Below are positions 1 to 8,883 of a stretch of DNA of 38,154 nucleotides, one piece after another. A model generated the notes under the pieces. The model did not search any database. It saw nothing but the letters and a program-made list of their open reading frames with translations, and was not told the DNA's origin. Source of the DNA: Gloeobacterales cyanobacterium (GTDB taxonomy: Bacteria > Cyanobacteriota > Cyanobacteriia > Gloeobacterales > PMM-0068); the NCBI GenBank assembly GCA_038245785.1, contig JBBRSB010000039.1:1-38154 (forward strand). The letters run 5' to 3'. Positions within the stretch are counted from its first letter, which is position 1. Each line of letters begins with the position of its first letter. The position numbers were made by a program, and so were the translations under genes.

Positions 1-1
1 A

Positions 2-190
2 CTTGATGAGGTGACTGCTACGCAAGCTGAAATTGTCATTACTCGGAATGGCATTCCAGTTGCTCGGATTGTTCCTTGTGAGACAGAGCAGAAGACTTCC
101 CAGCACTACCCACTGCGAGGAATGCCCATTACCATCTCAGCGGATTTTGACGAACCTATGCCGGAACTTTGGGAAGCGCTGGGCGAATGA
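2..190 (+). CDS. Phd/YefM-family antitoxin, 5'-truncated by the window edge (not in the ORF track)
   Basis: Frame 2 reads LDEVTATQAEIVITRNGIPVARIVP...DFDEPMPELWEALGE*. It has the Phd motif 'VITRNGxPVA', and its stop overlaps the toxin start (ATGA at 187-190). Confidence 0.88.
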   Translation, partial: LDEVTATQAEIVITRNGIPVARIVPCETEQKTSQHYPLRGMPITISADFDEPMPELWEALGE

Positions 191-582
191 TCTTGTTAGA
201 CACCCATGTTTGGCTTTGGCTACTCCATAAGCCAAGTCAATTGTCCAGCCCAGCACAAGCCTTAATCGACGTAGAGGAACCGCAAAACGGTATACTCGTA
301 TCTGCAATTTCGGTGTGGGAGATTGCGGTCAAATCTAGTATTGGGAAATTATCGTTACCCTTACCGATTGATGAGTGGTATGAGTTAGCACAGACACAAT
401 CGGGCATTGTGATTGAGCCTCTGAACCCTCTAGACGCAATCGCTAGCACACAGCTACCAGAAAGTTTTCACAAAGACCCATCAGATGGAATTCTAGTTGC
501 AATTGCGAGACGATACAAAATCCCCTTATTGACCTGCGATGCAAAGATTTTGAACTATCCTCATGTGCAAGCTGTCTGGTAA
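187..582 (+). CDS. vapC: VapC/PIN-domain toxin
   Basis: MILLDTHVWLW, SAISVWEIAVK, HKDPSD and LLTCD are PIN acidic motifs. The ATG at 187 is translationally coupled to the antitoxin. Confidence 0.92.
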   Translation: MILLDTHVWLWLLHKPSQLSSPAQALIDVEEPQNGILVSAISVWEIAVKSSIGKLSLPLPIDEWYELAQTQSGIVIEPLNPLDAIASTQLPESFHKDPSDGILVAIARRYKIPLLTCDAKILNYPHVQAVW

Positions 583-695
583 TAAACAGTTTCTCGATTG
601 TGGTGAATTAGCTCTTGATATAAAGACTCTGCCACACTCTTATACGTTTCATCGAGGTTAGTGTGTTCGACTGCTCGAAAAAGAGTAAAGATAAG

Positions 696-1064
696 ATGAA
701 AGTTGATACGCGCTCTTCTGCTGAGCATATTGCGAATATCCGCGACGTATTTTCTATAAGCATGTCGGAGCTGGCTTCTGTCTTTGGAGTCACTCGTCCC
801 ACTGCCTATGCTTGGCTGGAAGGTCAAGAACCCGAGCCAGAAACAGTAAAGCGTATTCGGCAATTGTCTCGCGCTGCCGACGAAATCAAGCAGGCGAACA
901 TTATCCGTTTAGATCTGTTGGTGCATTGGCCAATTTTAAATGGGCGTTCTTTGTTCGATATGCTCAAGGCAATAAGCGAAAAAGAAGATCAGGCTCGTCA
1001 TGAGCCGAAGGGCTCTGGCAAGCACCTGCGCTCGCTCAGAGATGTATTGGACGAATTTTCGTAG
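696..1064 (+). CDS. XRE-like helix-turn-helix protein, probably a truncated remnant
   Basis: HTH-like SMSELASVFGVTRPTAYAWLEG. The ORF is open from GTG 663, with an ATG at 696. No partner gene is visible. Confidence 0.6.
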   Translation: MKVDTRSSAEHIANIRDVFSISMSELASVFGVTRPTAYAWLEGQEPEPETVKRIRQLSRAADEIKQANIIRLDLLVHWPILNGRSLFDMLKAISEKEDQARHEPKGSGKHLRSLRDVLDEFS

Positions 1065-1069
1065 CCATC

Positions 1070-1137
1070 GGCGAACGGAGCTAGCAGAGAGAAATGCTAC
1101 GAACCCACGGCTGTCCGCTGAAGCCCAAACTGTGGGT
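1070..1137 (+). repeat. Degenerate attC-like site 1
   Basis: ggcgaac-ggag-cta(g)cagaga ... tccgctgaag-cccaaac-tgtgggt gives an R''/L''...L'/R' layout, directly after the HTH stop codon. It is the weakest of the three. Confidence 0.35.
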
Positions 1138-1154
1138 ATGAATTTGGTATAACT
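1135..1154 (+). promoter_or_regulatory. Putative promoter/operator of the RHH-MazF operon
   Basis: Direct repeat GGTATGA/GGTATAA with an 11-bp period, overlapping a TGgTATAAC extended -10-like element about 35 bp before the antitoxin start. Confidence 0.45.
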
Positions 1155-1185
1155 GAGGGGTAGCGATTACTTGAGGTGCCTAGTG

Positions 1186-1422
1186 GTGAAAACTGCTATT
1201 TCTCTCCCAGACCCAGTTTTTGAGGAAGCAGAAGCCCTTGCTCAACATTTAGGAATGTCTCGGAGTGAACTCTACGCCGCAGCATTGAAGGCCTATTTGC
1301 GTAGACATAACCGAGAGCGAACTTTAGCGAAACTGAACGAGGTTTATGCTGGGGAGTCATCCGAGTTAGATCCGGTTATGGCAAAAATGCAGTTCATGTC
1401 TCTTCCTCGTGAGGATTGGTAG
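1186..1422 (+). CDS. Ribbon-helix-helix antitoxin (ChpI/MazE-like)
   Basis: MKTAISLPDPVFEEAEALAQHLGMSRSELYAAAL is an RHH pattern. GAGGTG RBS at 1173-1178 precedes GTG 1186. It overlaps the toxin start. Confidence 0.85.
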   Translation: MKTAISLPDPVFEEAEALAQHLGMSRSELYAAALKAYLRRHNRERTLAKLNEVYAGESSELDPVMAKMQFMSLPREDW

Positions 1423-1760
1423 TGTATCGCGGGGAGATTTGGTGGGCAAAACTCCCTGACCCAGCAGGTTCTGAACCTGGTTATCGTAGACCTGTCCTAG
1501 TTATTCAGGATGATACGTTTACACAAAGTCGCCTCAGAACGGTAATTGTCGCCATTATCACTTCTAATATCGAACTTGCAAATGCACCGGGCAATGTTTT
1601 ATTACTGAGTGATGCAACGGGTTTATCAAGAAATTCAGTTGTAAATGTCTCTCAAATATTTACTGTAGACAAAACATTTTTAACTGAGCGTATTGGTTCG
1701 TTGCCAGCAAGTTCACAAGACAAAGTGGATGAAGGTTTACGGACAATTCTGTATCTTTAA
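1416..1760 (+). CDS. mazF: MazF/PemK endoribonuclease toxin
   Basis: RGEIWWAKL-DPAGSEPGYRRPVLVIQ, ITSN and SVVNVSQIFTVDK are typical PemK motifs. Confidence 0.93.
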   Translation: MVVYRGEIWWAKLPDPAGSEPGYRRPVLVIQDDTFTQSRLRTVIVAIITSNIELANAPGNVLLLSDATGLSRNSVVNVSQIFTVDKTFLTERIGSLPASSQDKVDEGLRTILYL

Positions 1761-1786
1761 TAGTCAATAGTTGTTTGTAGGCAGCG

Positions 1787-1873
1787 GGCTCACCAGCACT
1801 TGCACCGAAACAGCTAACTATCTTGGATGATACTGTAAAGAGTTCCTCTTTGCGGTAAAGCTCTCCCTGATGC
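1787..1873 (+). repeat. Degenerate attC-like site 2 (87 bp)
   Basis: ggctcac-cagca-ctt(g)caccg ... cggtaaag-ctctcc-ctgatgc, with 5/6-nt spacers and an extrahelical G. It lies 26 bp after the mazF stop. Confidence 0.45.
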
Positions 1874-2666
1874 ACAGAGAATGGAAGACCCATGACAGGT
1901 TCATGGAAAATAAAGTACAAGTATTCAGAAAAATAAGACCCTATAAACCGATTCAAAGTATTTTTCTATACATGAAGCTTCATCAGATCTTCATGAAAGA
2001 ATAGCATTCGTTTCCTTCTATTTGTCCACATCAAATCTAATTGTTCGACCAGCACAAATAAGATTTTAGAGATCGCAAGAATCAGCTAAAGACTCACTAA
2101 GTTCACCGATAAATAGTTCAATTGACTATTCTCTTCTCACTCCGTATAATTACCCTCAGATATCTGCGTGTTAAGCCGGATATCTAAAGGTTCTACAATT
2201 CTGGCATGTAGCAATTTAGCTCTTCAATGGGTTTCTTTATTGCATTTCGGAAAGATGAATGTACTCTTTTCTGTCTTGTTTTAGATGGCTATGAGTATGT
2301 TTGTCATGCCAACTTTCAGTAAGTGTTGAGAGGTAATTCCAATCCTTCTCGATGCATGGAGGAGTAGTTAAATGTTCTAGTAATAGATATAAAAAAAGAT
2401 TCTGTTTTCATCCCTTCTTGGAGAGTTACACAGAAAACTTGAACTTTCGAGTCCTTTACCGAGTGATCTGTAGAAACTTTCCATACAGTAACAAAATAGA
2501 CATCTTAGTTTCCAACTTAGGCGAAAATTTTCCTTTCCCCGGCGAAGCCTTTATAAGTGGGTATGCATCATTGAGATACAGTCTATCTGGAAAAGTTCCA
2601 TAACAGTTAATCGACAAACTTAATTTTGTTTAAATTTAGTTTAATCATTTTTTGAGGAGGAAGAGA

Positions 2667-4613
2667 TTGATTATTGGGGTCTTCTTAAGATATATAAAAA
2701 TATATCAAGGAATAAACTATGTTCCCTTGTCTACAGGAGAGAATTTTTGCGGAATAGTTGGTGATAACGGCGTTGGCAAGAGTTCTGTTTTAGAAGCGTT
2801 AGATACTCTATTTAATGGGCGTAGTTGGAATTTGAATATAGCGACCAAGAAAAGCGGGACGACTTCTACAAATCCCTATATTGTGCCAGTATTTCTTGTC
2901 CAGAAATCCCTTATTAACAAGGACTTAAAAGATTTAGCACAGGAGATAAGTAATGCTACGTGGAAAACTTCTTCTGAAAATATAAACGCTGTCAATAGAA
3001 ATATTTTCAAAATTTTTGAAGGGCAGAGAAAGAGCTTAGCAAGAAGGTATGAAAATGAAAACTATTTTCTTCTCCCGATTGGATTAGATAAAGAAGGTGA
3101 AATATGTACGAGTATTTTTGATCGCTTCCCTGTAAGTACTGATACTAAAAGTAGAGAAGGATTGGAAGTAAAAAATTATGATGAGCTAGAAGAAAATCAA
3201 CAAATAACATCAGGTATAAAAGAGTTATTTGAAGATATCAAGGAAAAAATTGAGTATATTTACATACCTAGAGAAATTGATCCAGAACATTTTACAAAGC
3301 TTGAAACCAAAGAAATTCAAATTTTGATGGGTGAAACTTTGCATGAACGACTAGAACAAATAATAACTCCTGATGCAATTAAAGCTATAAATACTAATTT
3401 AAATACTTTTATCGATGATTTGTCAATAAGCTTAGTAAATTATGCGTACCGTACTCGTACAGCACATAGGCGGCAAAATTTAAAAAAGTCAGATATTTAT
3501 AATCTTGTCATTGAAGCCTTTTTTGGCATTAGAAAATTGCATAGGCAACAAGGCTCAAACTGGTTAGAAATAGGTCTCCTGAGTTCTGGTGAAAAGCAAA
3601 GAGCAATAATTGATGTTGCACATAATCTTTTGCATCATCATAGAGGTAGTGGAAAAAACTTGATTATTGCTATCGATGAGCCAGAATCATCGCTGCATGT
3701 GTCTGCTTGCTTTGATCAAATTAATGCATTGTTTGATATTAGCCAAGCATGTATGCAGCTTTTATTTGCCACTCATTGGTATGGCTTTTTCCCGATAGTG
3801 GATAAAGGTAATGTAACTGTAATATCAAAAGCTGCTGATTCAGATCACCACTTTGACCTTATCGCCTTAGATAGCTATAAAGAAGAAGTTAAGCAAATCG
3901 CTGCAAATTCTAAGGGGCAGCTTCCCTATGACATTAGATTAAAAAGTGTTAACGACTTTGTTCAGTCAATAATTTCTAGTGCTGTTAAAGAAGATCCTTA
4001 TAATTGGATTATTTGTGAGGGTTCCTCGGATAAAATATATCTAGAGCGATACTTTGAGGATATTAAGAAAAGTAGAAAACTAAGAATAATTCCTGTTGGC
4101 GGTGCGCATGAGATAAGCAGAATATATAGGCACCTCTTGGCCTCATATGAAGACTTTAAATTTGAAGTTAGAGGTAAAATTGTACTTATATCAGATACAG
4201 ATTCTCAACTAGTAGAATACGAAACCCAAGATCATCCAAACCTCATTTGCAAAAGAATTGTGAATTTTGAAAGCGAGCGTGAAACGAAAATGGTTGGCAT
4301 CAAATCTAATCCAAAGTCTCTGAAAACAGAAATTGAAGATGCTCTAAATGGAAAACTGTTTTACGAGACATTGAAAAAATTTAAGCCAAAATATCCTAAT
4401 TTATTGGCTTTTGTTGATGATGGTTATTTTGCTCTCGAAATTCCTTCTTATTTTGCACTTAATCTTCGGCCTAGTGAAAGAGGTGAGCTTGATGAGTTCC
4501 TTAAAAAGGATAACAACAAGTATGAATTTGCTAAGGAATATGTGACTCTCTTTTCGGAGAAATATCTTGTGCCGAATTGGATTCAAGAGTTGAAAGATAT
4601 TATTGTTAAGTAG
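2667..4613 (+). CDS. OLD-family ATP-dependent nuclease (ABC ATPase + TOPRIM), putative anti-phage protein
   Basis: Walker A GDNGVGKS, signature LSSGEKQ, Walker B IAIDEPE, H-loop ATHW, and TOPRIM motifs CEGSSD, SDTD and EIED. GAGGAGG RBS at 2654-2660 precedes TTG 2667. The gene is strongly AT-rich. Confidence 0.85.
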   Translation: MIIGVFLRYIKIYQGINYVPLSTGENFCGIVGDNGVGKSSVLEALDTLFNGRSWNLNIATKKSGTTSTNPYIVPVFLVQKSLINKDLKDLAQEISNATWKTSSENINAVNRNIFKIFEGQRKSLARRYENENYFLLPIGLDKEGEICTSIFDRFPVSTDTKSREGLEVKNYDELEENQQITSGIKELFEDIKEKIEYIYIPREIDPEHFTKLETKEIQILMGETLHERLEQIITPDAIKAINTNLNTFIDDLSISLVNYAYRTRTAHRRQNLKKSDIYNLVIEAFFGIRKLHRQQGSNWLEIGLLSSGEKQRAIIDVAHNLLHHHRGSGKNLIIAIDEPESSLHVSACFDQINALFDISQACMQLLFATHWYGFFPIVDKGNVTVISKAADSDHHFDLIALDSYKEEVKQIAANSKGQLPYDIRLKSVNDFVQSIISSAVKEDPYNWIICEGSSDKIYLERYFEDIKKSRKLRIIPVGGAHEISRIYRHLLASYEDFKFEVRGKIVLISDTDSQLVEYETQDHPNLICKRIVNFESERETKMVGIKSNPKSLKTEIEDALNGKLFYETLKKFKPKYPNLLAFVDDGYFALEIPSYFALNLRPSERGELDEFLKKDNNKYEFAKEYVTLFSEKYLVPNWIQELKDIIVK

Positions 4614-4750
4614 TGTATAATTGCACCATTATTATGATTGAAAAATCTAAATACATAATTACAACTGCTCTTTGTTGTGGGTTTTGGCCTTTATTTACTC
4701 AAGATTTCTTATTTTCGTCTATTCTGTATGTGTTGCCACATTACCTAGAA

Positions 4751-4837
4751 GCCTAGTAAGTTGCTGCATCAGAACAAGCCGATTGAGTAGGTTAAGTGGC
4801 AAGATTTATCTGAGTTTAGTGAGCTTGGTCGCTGGGC
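4751..4837 (+). repeat. Degenerate attC-like site 3 (87 bp)
   Basis: gcctagt-aagtt-gct(g)catc ... agtgagc-ttggtc-gctgggc closely follows RYYYAAC-N5-L''...L'-N6-GTTRRRY. Confidence 0.55.
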
Positions 4838-4977
4838 CTAATTTACATAGAGCGACATGATAGATAATCATCAGGTCAAGTGCATTAATAAAAATAACCG
4901 CAAAACCCGCATGATCTCATCACCCATGTAGATGGCACAAATGCTATGTTGAATAGCTTTCTAAAGGAGCTCTATGC

Positions 4978-7900
4978 CTAAAATCTCAACTTGTCCCATG
5001 CTTCAAGAACAAGACGTCGGGTGCGATATTCACCAAACTGCTTCATTTCATTATTTTTGAGAACACGGAAGGTCTCACTAGGAAAATCAGGGCCATAAAC
5101 ATCAGCAGGGTCCAAGATATACCGCAGGTCATCGCGGGTTAATCCATAAAGCTGGGCGTAGTAAGCATCCAGCTCCGCACGGAGAAGAGCACGACGCTCT
5201 GGATTCCACGGAAAGGGAGCGCCGTCATAGCCTATGTCTTGGGCAAAGGGTTGCATATCTAAGGCGGTATAGACGAGTTCTAGGACGCGGGAACTGATGA
5301 AGTTGATGTCGGCTTGAGTATAGGTTTCGGGGGAAAGAACGGGAAGTTGCTTTACGATGAAGAAATTTAGATTTACTCCACCAACTTTCTGCCTCGCAAC
5401 AAAGTCAAAAACCAAACTGTTTAAATTTGCAAGGAGACAACAAGCAAATATCTGCTTAGCAAGTGTCGGTACTATTAGCGGCATAGAATTACCAACACCG
5501 CAAATAGGTAGGAATGAGCATATAAAAGTGCGCTCATTAGTGGCACTAGTAACGCTCTTAAAGCCGAGTTGCCACCTCAGTTTATTGCCATAAGGGTGCC
5601 TATTGTAAACTTCATTTTTATTTACCCAGTATTGAGGATTTGCCGAATAAGAAAAATCGAGATACTTATCTAATGGGGTTTCGCTAGGCTGAGCCGCACG
5701 CTGTGAGTTATTAGAGTTAATGATAATACTAGCTGCTCTATGATCGTAGGCTTGTACCATCTTCCCTTCATAAAGCGGCACTGTATCTATACCGGATTCT
5801 GTCTTAAATAAACCACTGTCATTGGACATATCAAGCATTCGCAGGAACGAAACTCCCCAAGGATTTTGCCCGGTTCGTTCATTTTCGAGGACAGGTACCT
5901 GCTGATAAATCTTCTTAGTCAGCTCCGCATCAAAAAGTGTCCGAAAAATTGGGCAGGTCAGCGTATTGGGATTCAACAAAGCAATATCTTGAGGCGAGAG
6001 CTTAAATTGACGCGAGGTCCCATCTACCTGTTTCGCCTGTGTTAGGAAGAAACTAAAGTTGCCTTGCATAACAGGCTTGCCACTGATTGTCATCAAGCAA
6101 AACTTATAGCTCCGATGGACTCCTGAGAATAGCGCTTCTCGATTTTCAAAATCATACAAACTAGCTAATGCCTGCTTTTGCGTGAGGTCTCCAAAAAACT
6201 TTTTACAGGTATCATCCGTTGCAATGCCTGTTGGAACAATGATTCCGGCTCTACCTTTTTCAGAAATCAGGTTCCTTGCCGTCTCTGAAAACACCGCATA
6301 GGTATTGACATCTCCTACCGCCGTCAATGCAAATCTTCCAGATTCGCGGATGTACTTACTCTGTGCCTCTGCCCGATGTTTAGCCATCTTGAAAGCTTCC
6401 GCAAGTTGAGGATTCGTTTTCGGCAAATCTTTGATCAATCGCTCTCTAGCTGCTTTATTCGGTGCATTGGCAATTTCTGGATCTACTGTCCCAAAAAACT
6501 CTTTCTCCTGAAGCTTAATCCGCTCCCACGGCGGATTGCCTAAAACACAATCAAACCCACCCTGCTCAAACACATCGGCAAACTCCAACGGCCAATGGAA
6601 AAATCTCTCATTCTCCGCCAGTTGGTCGGCTGCATCTACAATTTTCTGCGTTGTCCAATTTCCCTTCAGTAGATTTTCTAAAGCAGCGGAAGTTGGTAAT
6701 AGCTCCAAATTTTCTTCTGTTAACGGCATAAAAAATGCAGCCGTCCAGAGATTGCACGCAGAAAAATCTCTCAACCACGATACCGAATGCCGACTACGCT
6801 TATACTTCTCCTCTTTGGCGCGCACCGTAGGCGGGTCATTGTCCCGCATCTCACTAATCTCCTGTGAGAACTCAGCATATTTCTGCCTATCCTGCTCATG
6901 CACCTCAAAAAGCAACGCAAGCTGTCCATCCTTCATGTCCTGCTTCTCTTGCTTGTTGCGCTTCTTAAACCTTGACGACAGCTCTGCCTTGTCCCCGATC
7001 ACCGCTTTGTAGGCATCATCGGGAATACCCATCTTCAGACAATCCAAGTCCAAAACCCCGACGAGGGAATTACCGCACTTAATCCGGTGATCTAAGAAAT
7101 TCAGGGATACCTCATGACATAGCCCCTCCAGCCAAAGCGCCACCTTGCACAGATCCACGGCTAGTGGATTTAAATCCACCCCATAAATGCATCGCTGAAT
7201 CACATCTCGAATCGCTAGCCGTAACGATGCTGGATTTGGCTGGTCCTCTCCTGTACGGATGCGCGCCAGTTCCTTGCCCACCCGTCGAGCCGCAGCTAGA
7301 AGAAAATGTCCAGAGCCACAGGCAGGATCACAGATTTTCAGGGATAACAAAGCCTGTTCTTGAGCCTGTTGCAAGGACAATGCTGACGGGTCCTCGAAAT
7401 TTCCAGGTTCCTCTACAGACTGCAATTTTGCTGCGATGACAGGTTCCAAAGCACTCTTAATCAACTGTCCGACGAGTTCCGGTGGCGTGTAGTAAGAACC
7501 TGTAGTTTTGCGTTCACTCCCGATTACTAACTGAAATTCCCAGGTTTGAAAAGACGTTTGCTTTGCCACTAGCGGATGGAAATCCAAAAGGCTTTCGTAT
7601 ACGCTGCCCAGCTCCTCAACATCCAGCGCACCGTAATTAACCCGTCTCTTTTGGCCCTTCTGTTCATAGAGCGACAGATGCTGGAGTGCCAACATCAGGT
7701 CATGGTTGTCGATGGCACAATCGTCTATATCCAATAGGGAACGGGAACCAAAGAGGACCCCATTCAGCGGCGATAGTCCTAGCAATTCACCCCGCCAGTT
7801 CTCATCAAACAGCCGAAAGGTTACCCGCAATCCCTGCCAAAGGTCCTGAAAGTCTTCCCGTCGCCAGCTTAAACGCTCCGCCAGCGCCCGCAATCGCTCA

Positions 7901-8883
7901 ATGCTGTAGTACTCCCGGTAAATCCTTACCTTATCGAGGTCCTCTGTGGACTGCAGCAAGTTGCGCGATTCTGCCACCATCAGGAACAATAAACGGTAAA
8001 TGAGCCGTAAGAGTTGGCGATAGTAGGCGGTGTCCGTTAAGCCTTCACTGCCACCAAGACGAAGCTTCTGACGTAAAGACTCGTTGGCGGGATGTTGCAG
8101 AAATCCTGTTCCCAGAATTTTCAGCGCTTCTTCGACCCCATCGCGCAGGCGGTCACGTACCCGTCCACCCTGCTGAAGCGATTCCTGATGATAGAACTCC
8201 AGTAAACACTCATCCACATCCTCCATGCCCTCGGGCAAGCGAGAACGGTGGAACAGCCGATAGAACAATCCAAATTCAGCAAAGTTTTCGCCGTTGAGAA
8301 TTTGCTCTAGGTCAAACTCAACGTAGGCCAAACGGGTCATCAGCGAGGAATCTCTCAGCAAGCGCCAGCACAAGCCATTGGTGACGATGGCCCACAGATG
8401 CTCCGTCCGATTGAGGTATTCCTGCACCAGCGCATGGGCAGATAGGCGAGGAGTGCCACTCGGTGGACGCTGTTCTAGCTTTACGCCCGCTCCAATGATG
8501 TGAATCGGTGGTTTATTTTCTCCTGGTCCCGTGCGATGGGAAATCGCATAGGTCTGCCCATCCACGACCTCAGCCTTCGCCACATATACCGGGTCATAGC
8601 CCAAGGTCCGCAGCAACGGCACGACCCATTGCTCACGGGTGATCGAGGTTGCAGGGTCATTTTCCGACAGCCGGGATAGGGAACGCTGAAAGGCTACCCA
8701 GTAAGCTTTGGCATCACCCCAAGCTGTAGCAATCTCATCTGCCAGCTTGTCGGATTTTGCCAGTCCAAAATCTTCCGGGGACTGACCTTTTATTCCGCCT
8801 GCCAACAGATCGGTCGTTAGGTCTGCGGCAATCAGATTGCCTTGAATATCAATGCACGTCAACGTTCCACTTGCAGCCTTCAT
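4978..8883 (-). CDS. Type IIG/Eco57I-like N6-adenine DNA methyltransferase (restriction-modification fusion; DISARM DrmMI-like)
   Basis: RKTTGSYYTP, motif I CDPACGSGHF, GVDLNP, motif IV GNPPW, and a C-terminal TRD region. 1301 aa. Confidence 0.9.
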   Translation of the reverse strand: MKAASGTLTCIDIQGNLIAADLTTDLLAGGIKGQSPEDFGLAKSDKLADEIATAWGDAKAYWVAFQRSLSRLSENDPATSITREQWVVPLLRTLGYDPVYVAKAEVVDGQTYAISHRTGPGENKPPIHIIGAGVKLEQRPPSGTPRLSAHALVQEYLNRTEHLWAIVTNGLCWRLLRDSSLMTRLAYVEFDLEQILNGENFAEFGLFYRLFHRSRLPEGMEDVDECLLEFYHQESLQQGGRVRDRLRDGVEEALKILGTGFLQHPANESLRQKLRLGGSEGLTDTAYYRQLLRLIYRLLFLMVAESRNLLQSTEDLDKVRIYREYYSIERLRALAERLSWRREDFQDLWQGLRVTFRLFDENWRGELLGLSPLNGVLFGSRSLLDIDDCAIDNHDLMLALQHLSLYEQKGQKRRVNYGALDVEELGSVYESLLDFHPLVAKQTSFQTWEFQLVIGSERKTTGSYYTPPELVGQLIKSALEPVIAAKLQSVEEPGNFEDPSALSLQQAQEQALLSLKICDPACGSGHFLLAAARRVGKELARIRTGEDQPNPASLRLAIRDVIQRCIYGVDLNPLAVDLCKVALWLEGLCHEVSLNFLDHRIKCGNSLVGVLDLDCLKMGIPDDAYKAVIGDKAELSSRFKKRNKQEKQDMKDGQLALLFEVHEQDRQKYAEFSQEISEMRDNDPPTVRAKEEKYKRSRHSVSWLRDFSACNLWTAAFFMPLTEENLELLPTSAALENLLKGNWTTQKIVDAADQLAENERFFHWPLEFADVFEQGGFDCVLGNPPWERIKLQEKEFFGTVDPEIANAPNKAARERLIKDLPKTNPQLAEAFKMAKHRAEAQSKYIRESGRFALTAVGDVNTYAVFSETARNLISEKGRAGIIVPTGIATDDTCKKFFGDLTQKQALASLYDFENREALFSGVHRSYKFCLMTISGKPVMQGNFSFFLTQAKQVDGTSRQFKLSPQDIALLNPNTLTCPIFRTLFDAELTKKIYQQVPVLENERTGQNPWGVSFLRMLDMSNDSGLFKTESGIDTVPLYEGKMVQAYDHRAASIIINSNNSQRAAQPSETPLDKYLDFSYSANPQYWVNKNEVYNRHPYGNKLRWQLGFKSVTSATNERTFICSFLPICGVGNSMPLIVPTLAKQIFACCLLANLNSLVFDFVARQKVGGVNLNFFIVKQLPVLSPETYTQADINFISSRVLELVYTALDMQPFAQDIGYDGAPFPWNPERRALLRAELDAYYAQLYGLTRDDLRYILDPADVYGPDFPSETFRVLKNNEMKQFGEYRTRRLVLEAWDKLRF

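Noticed and set aside
33..230. 65-aa ORF from the track
   Set aside because: Wrong frame. The Phd antitoxin is in frame 2 (2-190).
1660..1956. 98-aa minus-strand ORF
   Set aside because: It is antisense to mazF, spans an attC-like site and has no motifs.
2352..2603. 83-aa ORF upstream of the OLD gene as a partner subunit
   Set aside because: No RBS, no recognisable motif, and a composition typical of AT-rich non-coding DNA.
4672..4860. 62-aa hydrophobic ORF after the OLD gene
   Set aside because: TTG start without an RBS, runs through the attC-like palindrome, and its hydrophobicity reflects T-richness.
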